Shown here piece after piece: positions 15,471 to 23,161 of a stretch of DNA of 34,414 bases. The DNA lies in the NCBI GenBank assembly GCA_004376075.1, contig SOJQ01000018.1, forward strand, positions 1 through 34,414, read 5' to 3'. Each line of letters opens with the position of its first letter. Positions within the stretch are counted from its first letter, which is position 1. The stretch is from Dehalococcoidia bacterium (GTDB lineage Bacteria; Chloroflexota; Dehalococcoidia; E44-bin15). The translations under genes were made by a program, and so were the position numbers. The notes beneath the pieces are model-generated. The model worked only from the letters and a program-made list of their open reading frames with translations, made no database searches and was not told the DNA's origin.

Positions 15471-16217
15471 ATGAGGCTGGTGGATAATCTATACTGTTAC
15501 ATCTGGACAGGGAGGGGCAACAATTGCAACAGCTATCTTTTCACCAATGTCCTTCGCGGCCATCGACCCCACGTCCTTGTCGACCCGGGGCATGTGGTCA
15601 ATGAGCTTAAGGAGCGTTGTTTGGACCACCTGCTCAGCTCCATGGCAAAGGACGGCATCGAAGCGGAGGATATAGGCCTGATAATCAATACCCACTCTCA
15701 CCCCGATCACTGTGAGGCGAATCAGGCCCTGGTGGAGAGGAGCAGGGCGAAGAGGGGGAAAGGTGGAGCAAAGCGAGCCCTGATCACCCTTCATCAGGAT
15801 GAGGCTGAATATCAAAGGGCAGCGGGGGAGTGGTTGGCCAGGATTCTGGGCACGGAAGCAAAATTTGAACCCGATTTTTATCTTAGAGAGGGAATCCTAA
15901 ATCTGGGCAAGGAGAGAAAGATAAACCTTGAGACCCTGCACACCCCAGGTCATTCCCCCGGCTCGATAAGCCTTTACCGGGCCGATAACGGGGTTTTGAT
16001 AACAGGGGATGTGGTTTTTTATGGAGCGGTGGGAAGGACAGATATTCCCGGTGGCGATGGAAGACTGCTTAAAGAAAGCATAGAGAGGCTCTCTCAGCTT
16101 GATATCGAGTATCTACTTCCCGGTCATAGCACCGAATTTGGGGCTATCATAAAAGGCAAAGAAAAGGTGAGGCAAAACTTCGCCTTCATTAAGATGAACT
16201 ATTTCCCCCTACTATGA
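15471..16217 (+). CDS. MBL-fold metallo-hydrolase (glyoxalase II-like)
   Basis: The THSHPDHCEAN (HxHxDH) motif is present, followed by HTPGHSPGS and GDVVFYGAVGRTD. The start was set at MRLVDNLY, with GGAGG upstream. Confidence 0.85.
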   Translation: MRLVDNLYCYIWTGRGNNCNSYLFTNVLRGHRPHVLVDPGHVVNELKERCLDHLLSSMAKDGIEAEDIGLIINTHSHPDHCEANQALVERSRAKRGKGGAKRALITLHQDEAEYQRAAGEWLARILGTEAKFEPDFYLREGILNLGKERKINLETLHTPGHSPGSISLYRADNGVLITGDVVFYGAVGRTDIPGGDGRLLKESIERLSQLDIEYLLPGHSTEFGAIIKGKEKVRQNFAFIKMNYFPLL

Positions 16218-17097
16218 CTTCTCTTCCCATCCCTTTAACTATGAAGATATTTACCCATTTGCTCAACCTCTTCATCCGATCGATAACCTCTCCTGGCTTT
16301 ATTATTCCCTCCTCAGTTATTATCCCCGTTATCAAATCGGGCGGGATGAGGTCGAAGCCTCTTTCGAGCTTAGGCCTGTGGCTTCGAACATCCAGCTTAA
16401 CGCTTTCGCAGACCGAGTAAAAGGGGATGCCGGCCTTTTTTGCCGCTGAGGCAAGCTCGTAGGTTGGCGTGCCATTGATGAGGGAGCCATCGCCAAGGAT
16501 GCTATCAGCACCAACGAAAACCTTTTTCACCGGCGAGATATGCTCCCCGATGACATTATCGGGGACAACCCGAACCGATATCCCGTATGACTTGAGCTCT
16601 CTGGCGGTGGCTTCACCATAGGATTTGGACTCTAAAGCTATGACTTCGATCCCCTTTTCTTTACTCTTGGCGATTCTAAAGGTCTCGCATATCGTTGCGC
16701 TATAGCTACAGGTCATCAGAATATCCCCATCCTCGATCATCAGGGCACCTTTTTCAGCAGCCTTCAGAGCAGCCTCCATAGAATCCTTAATCAGCTCACC
16801 CCCCTTAGTGCCAGCGAAGCCTCGTAATGAATCCAAATCCTCTTCATCCTTGGATCTCTGGAAAACCTCATAGACAAAGCGAGAAACAGAGTTGGTTATG
16901 GAAGCCATGCCAGGCCTTGTTTGGATCAACTTGGCAGCAACTTTGGTTAGCTCATCCAAAAACTGGGCTATGGTTTCTGCCTCGCTTTTCTCGGTAGCAA
17001 GCTTCATTACACCAATGGCCTCCCTGGAAAGCCAGCCGGCACCATGGGTCCTATCCTGTGCGATGCCTTCGATCTTGCGAGAGACCTCGGGATTCAT
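16189..17097 (-). CDS. eIF-2B alpha/beta/delta family protein (sugar-phosphate isomerase-like; ribose-1,5-bisphosphate / methylthioribose-1-phosphate isomerase relatives)
   Basis: DRTHGAGWLSREAIGVMK...TRPGMASITNSV...IEDGDILMTCSYSAT...VFVGADSILGDGSLINGTPTYELASAAKKAGIPFYSVCES...ITGIITEEGII follows the eIF-2B family layout. The substrate cannot be inferred. The 3' end overlaps the convergent MBL gene by 29 nt. Confidence 0.7.
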   Translation of the reverse strand: MNPEVSRKIEGIAQDRTHGAGWLSREAIGVMKLATEKSEAETIAQFLDELTKVAAKLIQTRPGMASITNSVSRFVYEVFQRSKDEEDLDSLRGFAGTKGGELIKDSMEAALKAAEKGALMIEDGDILMTCSYSATICETFRIAKSKEKGIEVIALESKSYGEATARELKSYGISVRVVPDNVIGEHISPVKKVFVGADSILGDGSLINGTPTYELASAAKKAGIPFYSVCESVKLDVRSHRPKLERGFDLIPPDLITGIITEEGIIKPGEVIDRMKRLSKWVNIFIVKGMGREVIVGGNSSS

Positions 17098-17099
17098 CG

Positions 17100-17510
17100 C
17101 TAAGCCACCCTCTCCCAGGCCTGCGCCAGCTTGGGCACCGTCTCATATTGTTCTATTTCTTCGGGGTCTATCCACTTCATTTCGGTATGTTCCCAATCGA
17201 TCTTGATCTTCTCCGGTCTTATCACTCGAAAGCGAAAAGGGTGAACGATCCATTTTCTTCCTATCTCCTCATCGATAACCTCCAATAGCTCGCCCTCTCT
17301 CACCAATTGGATATCCTCCCCACCCAGCCCAGTCTCCTCCCTTATCTCCTCCAGCGCCTGCTCATAAGGGGTGTTTCCCTCTTCAATATATCCACTCACC
17401 CCCGCCCATCTCCCCCTGTAGACGCCGACCCTCTCACTCCTCCTGAGGAGCAGGATTTTGTTATCATACTCCAGAAAGCAGGTGACAACATACCTCTCTT
17501 CCATGGCCAT
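17100..17510 (-). CDS. NUDIX hydrolase (variant Nudix box)
   Basis: The Nudix box is GYIEEGNTPYEQALEEIREETGL. The first Glu of Gx5E is Asn, and the Arg of REUxEE is Glu. The ATG overlaps the upstream stop (TGATG). Confidence 0.8.
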   Translation of the reverse strand: MAMEERYVVTCFLEYDNKILLLRRSERVGVYRGRWAGVSGYIEEGNTPYEQALEEIREETGLGGEDIQLVREGELLEVIDEEIGRKWIVHPFRFRVIRPEKIKIDWEHTEMKWIDPEEIEQYETVPKLAQAWERVA

Positions 17511-17992
17511 CACCCAAGTTCCAGCAGGTGTTCCTTCAACATTGCGAGCGCTGCCAAAGCAGCACTTCTTTTATTTTCGAGCCTATCCCCACTAAAGACA
17601 TGCTCCCTAACCTGGTTTCCCTGCCGGGAGGAGATTCCAATATAGAATAAGCCAACAGGCTTTTCAGGTGTTCCTCCCGTAGGTCCCGCAATACCTGTAT
17701 CCGACAAACCGATGTCGGTGTCCAGCGCCTTCCTCACCCCCTGGGCCATCTCCTCAGCAGTTTGATAGCTAACCGACTTGTGTTCCTCAAGCGTCTCCCT
17801 CTTCACCCCTAAAATCTTTACCTTTACCTCGTTATCATAGGCAACCACGGTTCCCATATAATAATCGGAACTACCGGGGACATTGGTGATCAGATGGGAT
17901 ATCAGCCCTCCCGTGGATGATTCGGCGAGGGCGATGGTCAATCCGCGCTCCTTGAGCAAAATAGCGATCTCTGCCTCTAATCTTCTTTCCAT
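17510..17992 (-). CDS. pncC: CinA C-terminal domain protein / nicotinamide-nucleotide amidohydrolase (PncC-type)
   Basis: LTIALAESSTGGLISHLITNVPGSSDYYMGTVVAYDNEVKVKILGV is the CinA/PncC signature region. It is a stand-alone domain of about 160 aa. AGGGGGG lies just before the ATG at 17992. Confidence 0.75.
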   Translation of the reverse strand: MERRLEAEIAILLKERGLTIALAESSTGGLISHLITNVPGSSDYYMGTVVAYDNEVKVKILGVKRETLEEHKSVSYQTAEEMAQGVRKALDTDIGLSDTGIAGPTGGTPEKPVGLFYIGISSRQGNQVREHVFSGDRLENKRSAALAALAMLKEHLLELG

Positions 17993-18002
17993 ATTCCCCC
18001 CT

Positions 18003-18794
18003 TCAGTCCAGCTCAGCAAGGTCGAAGCTCATCCCATCGCGAGCGGCGATGACGCGGACGCCAGTTTCATCCGATAGCCTTTTCGCCACCTCCCAGGGCT
18101 TGGCCCGCCACATGGTCATGCCGAAGTGGCTCAGGATCGCCGCCCCGGGTCTGAGCTCCTTGATGATCTCGCCTGCCTCCACAGCGGAAAGATGGTCGTA
18201 GGGACCACCAGGCTCAAGCCTCACCACATTAAGGATAAGGAGATCGGCTTTGTAATGAAGACATATATCTTCGAAATAACGGGTATCTACGATGCATGAG
18301 ATGGTATGCCTTGTGGTCTCAAATATCACCCCGTAGGTCTCCACAGGATGGCGGTGCCTGACAGGGGTCTTAAAAGAGACCTCACCGATATTGTAACTCC
18401 TCCCCTCCTCGAGGACCTCGATTCCGCCCAGGTATGACCGCAGGTAATGGAGGATGACGGGGTCCTCGTCAAGGGCATCGCTGGGGGCAAAGAGCGTTCC
18501 CTTCCTCTTGAGCCCCCCTTCGGTCATCGCCTCGATCATGATGTTGACATCCGCCGAGTGATCCAGATGGCGGTGAGAGAGGATAATGGCGTCAAGCTTT
18601 GAAGCCCTTAGCTTCCTTTTGGCAGCCTGGACCAGGGTTCCGGGGCCGGGATCGAGGAGGAGCTCCCTTCCGCCAAGATCAAGCCAAAGCCCGCCTGAGG
18701 CCAGGATCTGATTTGCCACCATCACCCGAGCCCCAGCGGTCCCCAAAAAGGTGAGTTTATCCCCTTTTTCGCTCATCGGGCCCGTTTCAGCCAT
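18003..18794 (-). CDS. MBL-fold metallo-hydrolase (RNase Z / phosphodiesterase-like)
   Basis: LTFLGTAGA is at the N-terminus and the HxHxDH motif reads ILSHRHLDHSAD. The start is proposed at the ATG at 18794, 4 nt after the upstream stop. Confidence 0.8.
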   Translation of the reverse strand: MAETGPMSEKGDKLTFLGTAGARVMVANQILASGGLWLDLGGRELLLDPGPGTLVQAAKRKLRASKLDAIILSHRHLDHSADVNIMIEAMTEGGLKRKGTLFAPSDALDEDPVILHYLRSYLGGIEVLEEGRSYNIGEVSFKTPVRHRHPVETYGVIFETTRHTISCIVDTRYFEDICLHYKADLLILNVVRLEPGGPYDHLSAVEAGEIIKELRPGAAILSHFGMTMWRAKPWEVAKRLSDETGVRVIAARDGMSFDLAELD

Positions 18795-18798
18795 TCTC

Positions 18799-19638
18799 TC
18801 AGATCGCCTCCACACTCACGTCCTCCACCGTCATCACCCTTTTCCCCAGGTCGACAATAGCTATCGTTCTTGAGGGGACATAGGCAGAGGAGGTAAATAT
18901 GGTTAGGCACCTTCCGTTGAACATAGCCCGCTGCGCTGCCGGTTGATGTGACCTGATCAAAATGTTTTTGCCGAATCTAGCCATTATCTCCTTGAAATAG
19001 TCCTCACCGAATTGGGGCCTTCCCGTGAACATATCATCTCCCAAGAAGGCTCCGCTCCTCTCCTGCCAATCGCCCCAGGTTATTTGCCTCCACTCCTCGC
19101 TGCCAATTACTATTTCATCTATTCCTTCCAGATTCTCCACATCAGGCAGCGCCCCGTGTAAGGCGATGACCCCATTTTCGGTGCATACCACCAAAGGAAG
19201 CTTAGTGAGCACAGAGGCATAGCGCTGGTGCATCTCCCTATCGAGTCGATCCCAGAAATCGGCTGGGTAAAAGGGGGTGATGCCATAAGCCTCATGGTTC
19301 CCCATAAGCAGGAAAAGGTGCTCAGGATAGGCCAATTTCAGGGATAGCAAATAGTTAATATTTTCCAGAGACTCTGGCCCTCTATCCACATAGTCGCCCA
19401 AGAAGATTACTTTGTTCTCCGGTCTTAGGTAACTCGCAATAACCTTCTTGCTGGCATCGAAATCGCCGTGGGTATCGCCAACAAAGATGGCACGCCCAGA
19501 TTTGAGCCAGATCAGGTTTTGCTCAGCTTCAAACCTCTTCTCAGCCTCCATAAGCAGATTCTCTATTTCATCCCTGGTTAATGCTGATACTATGTCAGGG
19601 TCCTGGATCATCCTTTCATATTTTTTCATCTCCCCCAA
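18799..19638 (-). CDS. PPP-family (PP1/PP2A-like) serine/threonine phosphoesterase
   Basis: The GDTHGD, GDYVDRG and GNHE motifs occur in canonical order and spacing. The N-terminal stretch LTRDEIENLLMEAEKRFEAEQNLIWL parallels the eukaryotic PP1 N-terminus. The TTG start has AAGGAG 6 nt upstream. Confidence 0.85.
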   Translation of the reverse strand: MGEMKKYERMIQDPDIVSALTRDEIENLLMEAEKRFEAEQNLIWLKSGRAIFVGDTHGDFDASKKVIASYLRPENKVIFLGDYVDRGPESLENINYLLSLKLAYPEHLFLLMGNHEAYGITPFYPADFWDRLDREMHQRYASVLTKLPLVVCTENGVIALHGALPDVENLEGIDEIVIGSEEWRQITWGDWQERSGAFLGDDMFTGRPQFGEDYFKEIMARFGKNILIRSHQPAAQRAMFNGRCLTIFTSSAYVPSRTIAIVDLGKRVMTVEDVSVEAI

Positions 19639-19660
19639 ACTTAGCTCCTTGCAGTGACGA

Positions 19661-20992
19661 CTAATCGTCCCAAAGGGGATTTATCACCAGACCGGTGGGC
19701 GTCTTGGGATAGAAGTAGGTGGATTTTGGGGGCATCCTGACCCCCGTGTCAGATGCCGCTAGCACGCTGGAGATGGGGACAGGATTGAGAAGAAAGGCTA
19801 GCTGAAAGGCTCCCGAATCCACCCGAGATAAAGCTTCCAAACCGTCACGGGTATATTCGAGACAACTCTCCTCCTTCTCAGCGCTATCTATGCCCAGCAT
19901 CTGGCGCAAGATCACCCAATGAAGCAGGCTTACGTTCAAATCCTTCAAAGGACTTGGCCAGTCCGCCGGCATCCTTTCCACAAGGGCTTCCTTTTCCCGG
20001 ACCTGCAGCAAGCAGAGGTGCTGCCCATGGAGGCCATAAAGACCGAGGATTGCCCCACTGTGCCCCTCCCTTTTTAGGGCATGCAGCCAGCTTTCCAAGG
20101 TCTCGCTCTGGGTTGCTAAAGGAGGAAGTAGCTCTTTGTGGAAGTAGGCACCAAGTCCCTTCTCCAGCCTTTCAAGCGTCTCCGCTTCCAGACCCTGCAC
20201 CAAGCGATGGGGGGTGAACATGATGAGATTTGGATCCTCAGAGTCCATCAGGACCATCATCACGAAATTGAAGGCTTCCTTACCGCTATAGGAGGAAAGG
20301 GCAGAGCGCTGATCCCTGTGGTAGGCCAAAGCTGTCTCATAGCGGTGGTGCCCGTCGGCAATATAGAGGATCTTGTCAGCAAAGAAATCGGAGACCTGGG
20401 CAATAGTTTTTTCGTCGGTCACCACCCATATATAGTGAGCTGCCCCGTAGTTATCCATTGCGCTTAAAGTAGGGCTTTTTACTTTCACCTCTCGAAATAG
20501 CGACCCAATCCCCTCCCCCTCATGTTGAAACATTCCCATTATGGGATTGAAGTTGGCCCGGCATGACTGGAGAAGACGGCGGCGGTCAAGGGCAGGCCCC
20601 CTCATCGTCCTCTCATGAAGGCGAATCTGGCCTGTGCTTAGATCCTCAAGCCTTACACGGGCGATGAGACCGAAGCGGCTTCTTAAGCTATTTTGATAGC
20701 GAAAGCGGTGCTCCACGAGGTAGAAAGCTGGATGCTCCTCCCTGACTAGGATGGCTTGGCGGAGCCAGCTCTCCATGGTCTGGGCAGCCCGAGTGTATTT
20801 ATTGTCCCTGGGGGAGTCCTTTGGTCGCTCCTCCCCAAACTCAAGCCTGATCACATTGTAGGGGCTTCTAAGGTGGTAGAGAATTTGCTCCTCAGAGGAG
20901 ACCACATCAAAAGGGGGGCTGATCACCATGGAAAGGTCGCCAATTTGCTCCAGATTGTAGCGGAGACCGCGAAAGGGTTGGACATCGGCCAC
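19661..20992 (-). CDS. DUF1015 family protein
   Basis: The N-terminus reads V(A)DVQPFRGLRYN and an internal motif reads ILYIADGHHRYETALAY, both as I recall for DUF1015. A GTG start at 20992 is chosen (GAGGAG 7 nt upstream). The longer track ORF (to 21070) would begin upstream of the promoter. Confidence 0.7.
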   Translation of the reverse strand: MADVQPFRGLRYNLEQIGDLSMVISPPFDVVSSEEQILYHLRSPYNVIRLEFGEERPKDSPRDNKYTRAAQTMESWLRQAILVREEHPAFYLVEHRFRYQNSLRSRFGLIARVRLEDLSTGQIRLHERTMRGPALDRRRLLQSCRANFNPIMGMFQHEGEGIGSLFREVKVKSPTLSAMDNYGAAHYIWVVTDEKTIAQVSDFFADKILYIADGHHRYETALAYHRDQRSALSSYSGKEAFNFVMMVLMDSEDPNLIMFTPHRLVQGLEAETLERLEKGLGAYFHKELLPPLATQSETLESWLHALKREGHSGAILGLYGLHGQHLCLLQVREKEALVERMPADWPSPLKDLNVSLLHWVILRQMLGIDSAEKEESCLEYTRDGLEALSRVDSGAFQLAFLLNPVPISSVLAASDTGVRMPPKSTYFYPKTPTGLVINPLWDD

Positions 20993-21019
20993 GCTGTCAC
21001 TCCTCAAGTAAGCGAAAGG

Positions 21020-21048
21020 AGTATACCAAGACGAGCAATAAAGGTCAA
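21020..21048 (-). promoter_or_regulatory. sigma70 promoter TTGACC-17-TATACT (TGn extended -10) for the six-gene DUF1015 operon
   Basis: Reverse strand reads TTGACC at 21043-21048, a 17-nt spacer ending in TGG, then TATACT at 21020-21025. Confidence 0.55.
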
Positions 21049-21078
21049 TGAGAGGATAAAAAGAGCCCAAATCTATCC

Positions 21079-21107
21079 TTGACCTCTACCCCCTTTGCTG
21101 GTATCCT
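21079..21107 (+). promoter_or_regulatory. Candidate divergent promoter TTGACC-17-TATCCT for the NMO-like gene
   Basis: TTGACC at 21079-21084, a 17-nt spacer, then TATCCT at 21102-21107. GGAGGG lies 6 nt before the ATG at 21135. Confidence 0.4.
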
Positions 21108-21134
21108 TTGCCAGAGAGTTTTTTGGAGGGCAAA

Positions 21135-22100
21135 ATGTTCAAAACAAGAGTAACCGAGATGCTTGGCGTGGAGTATCCCCTAATTGCTGGGACGTTGCAG
21201 GCCCTTTCAAGGGCGGAGCTGGTGGCGGCTGTGGCCAACGCCGGGGCCTTGGGGATCATCCCCTCAGCCACCTTCGATACCAAGGAGGCATTGCGCGATG
21301 AGATCCGCAAGACGAAGAGCCTCACCGATAAGCCCTTCGCGGTGAACATCAACCTGTTCCCCATGTTGATGCCGGTAAGCATCGAGGAGTACATCGATAC
21401 CGTTCTCGAGGAGGGGGTAAAGGTTATCGAAACCTCGGGGCGAAGCCCTGCACCCTACGTGGAGCGGATCAAGGGCGGCGGCGTCATCCACATGCATAAA
21501 TGCGCCAGGGTAAGAGACGCCAGAACTGCGGAGCGCGTCGGGGCAGACATTGTGGAGATAGTGGGCTTCGAGTGTGGCGGTCACCCCAGCGCGGAGGAGG
21601 TTACCACCCTGGTTCTCCTTCCCCAAACGGTAGATGCGGTGAAGATCCCCGTGGTCGGGGGAGGCGGCTTTGGCAATGCTCACGGATTTATCGCTTGCCT
21701 CGCCCTGGGGGCTGAGGGGGTTCTTATGGGCACCCGCTTCATGGTCACCAAGGAGTGCTTAATTCACGACAACTTCAAAGAAGCCTTCGTGAATGCAACG
21801 GAAACGGCCACCCTGATCGTCCAAAAATCCATCGGCGACCCGCTTAGAGTGATCAGGAACGAGACTGCGGAGAAGGTCCTTGAGATGGAGCAGAGGGGCA
21901 CAACCCTTGAGGAGCTTATATCCCTAATTGCCGGTGAGAGAGGACGAGAGGCAATGGCAAAGGGAGATATTCAAGGTGGAATCACGTCCTGCGGTCAGGT
22001 GGTCGGGCTGATCCATGATGTGCCCACGGTGAAGGAGGTCGTTGACGGCATTATAAATGGGGCGAAGGAGATCATAGATCGCCTCTCCCGTCTCGGCTGA
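21135..22100 (+). CDS. NAD(P)H-dependent flavin oxidoreductase, nitronate monooxygenase/FabK-like (NMO family)
   Basis: MFKTRVTEMLGVEYPLIAGTLQALSRAELVAAVANAGALGII...VVGGGGFGNAHGFIACLALGAEGVLMGTRF is a typical NMO TIM-barrel pattern. Confidence 0.8.
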   Translation: MFKTRVTEMLGVEYPLIAGTLQALSRAELVAAVANAGALGIIPSATFDTKEALRDEIRKTKSLTDKPFAVNINLFPMLMPVSIEEYIDTVLEEGVKVIETSGRSPAPYVERIKGGGVIHMHKCARVRDARTAERVGADIVEIVGFECGGHPSAEEVTTLVLLPQTVDAVKIPVVGGGGFGNAHGFIACLALGAEGVLMGTRFMVTKECLIHDNFKEAFVNATETATLIVQKSIGDPLRVIRNETAEKVLEMEQRGTTLEELISLIAGERGREAMAKGDIQGGITSCGQVVGLIHDVPTVKEVVDGIINGAKEIIDRLSRLG

Positions 22101-22157
22101 CCAACAACGGAATTGACCCTTGAAAGCCCCTGAGAGCCAGCTTCGGGGGGCTTGCCA

Positions 22158-23066
22158 CTACTGGAGCCCCACCGCAACCCACTGCACCTGGGCATCGTAA
22201 ACGGGGTTGCCCTCGTCATCGACGATAGATAGGAAGAAGCCCTCAGTGGTCTGGTCTACAGCGCTGGCAATCAGCGGCACCCCATCTTTGGCGGCGCTCA
22301 CAACTACCACCGGCCCGCCGCCGAAGAGGGTGGGGAAGTCTAAGAACCCACCATAATAATCGCGGCGCCCTGCCTGAATCATCATGTCAGGGTCGGGCTC
22401 CCCAACACCCACAGCAATCGTCTGCAGCCATGCTTCAGGTGGCGAGCTGCCGTCATGATCCCTGAAGATGGTCAAAAAGCCAGTGGGCGTGTTGTTCAGG
22501 GCAAAGGCGATGTATGGTTCAGACAGGGAATGGGCATTGTTGACAATCGCCGGCCTGGTCCCGAAGGCAGAAGGGAAGCCTACGTTATCGGAAATGTGGT
22601 GAAGGTGGTATTCCGTTTGAATCATCTGATTCGCCCCAGGATCAAGTTTTGAAATGCCCGCTGGTACGGCAATCCACTGCACCTGGGCCGAAGACACCAC
22701 ACTGCCATCATCGCCAATGACGGCGAGGTCGAAGTTATGCTTTGTGATGTTGATGGCGAAGGCTATCTTTGGCTCGGCATCAACGCTGGCATTGACCACA
22801 ACCACCGGCGCGCTGTCAAAGGCAATAGAGAAGGTTATGTCCTTTCCTGGTGCTGCCACCGGTGCCCAAGAGTAACTCCCCGCCTGAATCTTCACCCTTG
22901 CTATAGGAGTAGGAAGAGGGGTTGGTGTGGGAGTTGGTGTCGGACTTGCTGTCGGAGTTGGAGTAGGCGTGGGTGTTGGCACTGGCGCCCCGCCTCCAGC
23001 ACAGGCAAAAGCCGATAGCAGCAAAATAGCGGAAAACATAAGCACAAGAAATCTTTTCGCTCTCAT
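22158..23066 (-). CDS. Secreted lipoprotein with a (Thr-Pro)n linker and three tandem ~75-aa beta-rich modules (H-type-lectin-like?)
   Basis: The signal peptide plus lipobox reads MRAKRFLVLMFSAILLLSAFAC. The linker reads PVPTPTPTPTPTASPTPTPTPTPLPTP. Three modules follow that share the pattern F(D/G)..P(V/A)(V/I)V......(E/V)P.IA(F/S)A.....T..(N/G)F.........G.......Q(V/T)(Q)W(I/V)AVG. Confidence 0.75.
   Translation of the reverse strand: MRAKRFLVLMFSAILLLSAFACAGGGAPVPTPTPTPTPTASPTPTPTPTPLPTPIARVKIQAGSYSWAPVAAPGKDITFSIAFDSAPVVVVNASVDAEPKIAFAINITKHNFDLAVIGDDGSVVSSAQVQWIAVPAGISKLDPGANQMIQTEYHLHHISDNVGFPSAFGTRPAIVNNAHSLSEPYIAFALNNTPTGFLTIFRDHDGSSPPEAWLQTIAVGVGEPDPDMMIQAGRRDYYGGFLDFPTLFGGGPVVVVSAAKDGVPLIASAVDQTTEGFFLSIVDDEGNPVYDAQVQWVAVGLQ
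22905..22985 (-). repeat. Low-complexity (ACN CCN)n tract encoding the (Thr-Pro)n linker
   Basis: Codons 28-54 of the lipoprotein. On the plus strand it reads as a GGT/GTG-rich quasi-repeat. It explains the spurious antisense G/V-rich ORFs. Confidence 0.8.
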
Positions 23067-23112
23067 TTCGCACCTCTATAGAGGACTTCGTCTGGGTATG
23101 CCACTGGCTGTA

Positions 23113-23141
23113 AATTTGCACCATGGAAACGATTTTGTCAA
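23113..23141 (-). promoter_or_regulatory. Candidate promoter TTGACA-17-CAAATT for the lipoprotein gene
   Basis: Reverse strand reads TTGACA at 23136-23141 and CAAATT at 23113-23118. AGAGGTG precedes the ATG at 23066. The -10 box is weak. Confidence 0.35.
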
Positions 23142-23161
23142 CAGTTAATCATTCATCCTTC

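Noticed and set aside
22124-22153. AAGCCCC...GGGGCTT hairpin between the convergent NMO and lipoprotein genes, considered as a terminator
   Set aside because: It has a 7-bp stem but a loop of about 16 nt and no flanking T-run. It might assist termination, but it is not a convincing intrinsic terminator.
22654-23148. Plus-strand ORFs (73-93 aa) rich in Gly/Val/Cys/Trp
   Set aside because: They are antisense translations of the lipoprotein gene and its (Thr-Pro)n tract, and are artefacts of the low-complexity repeat.
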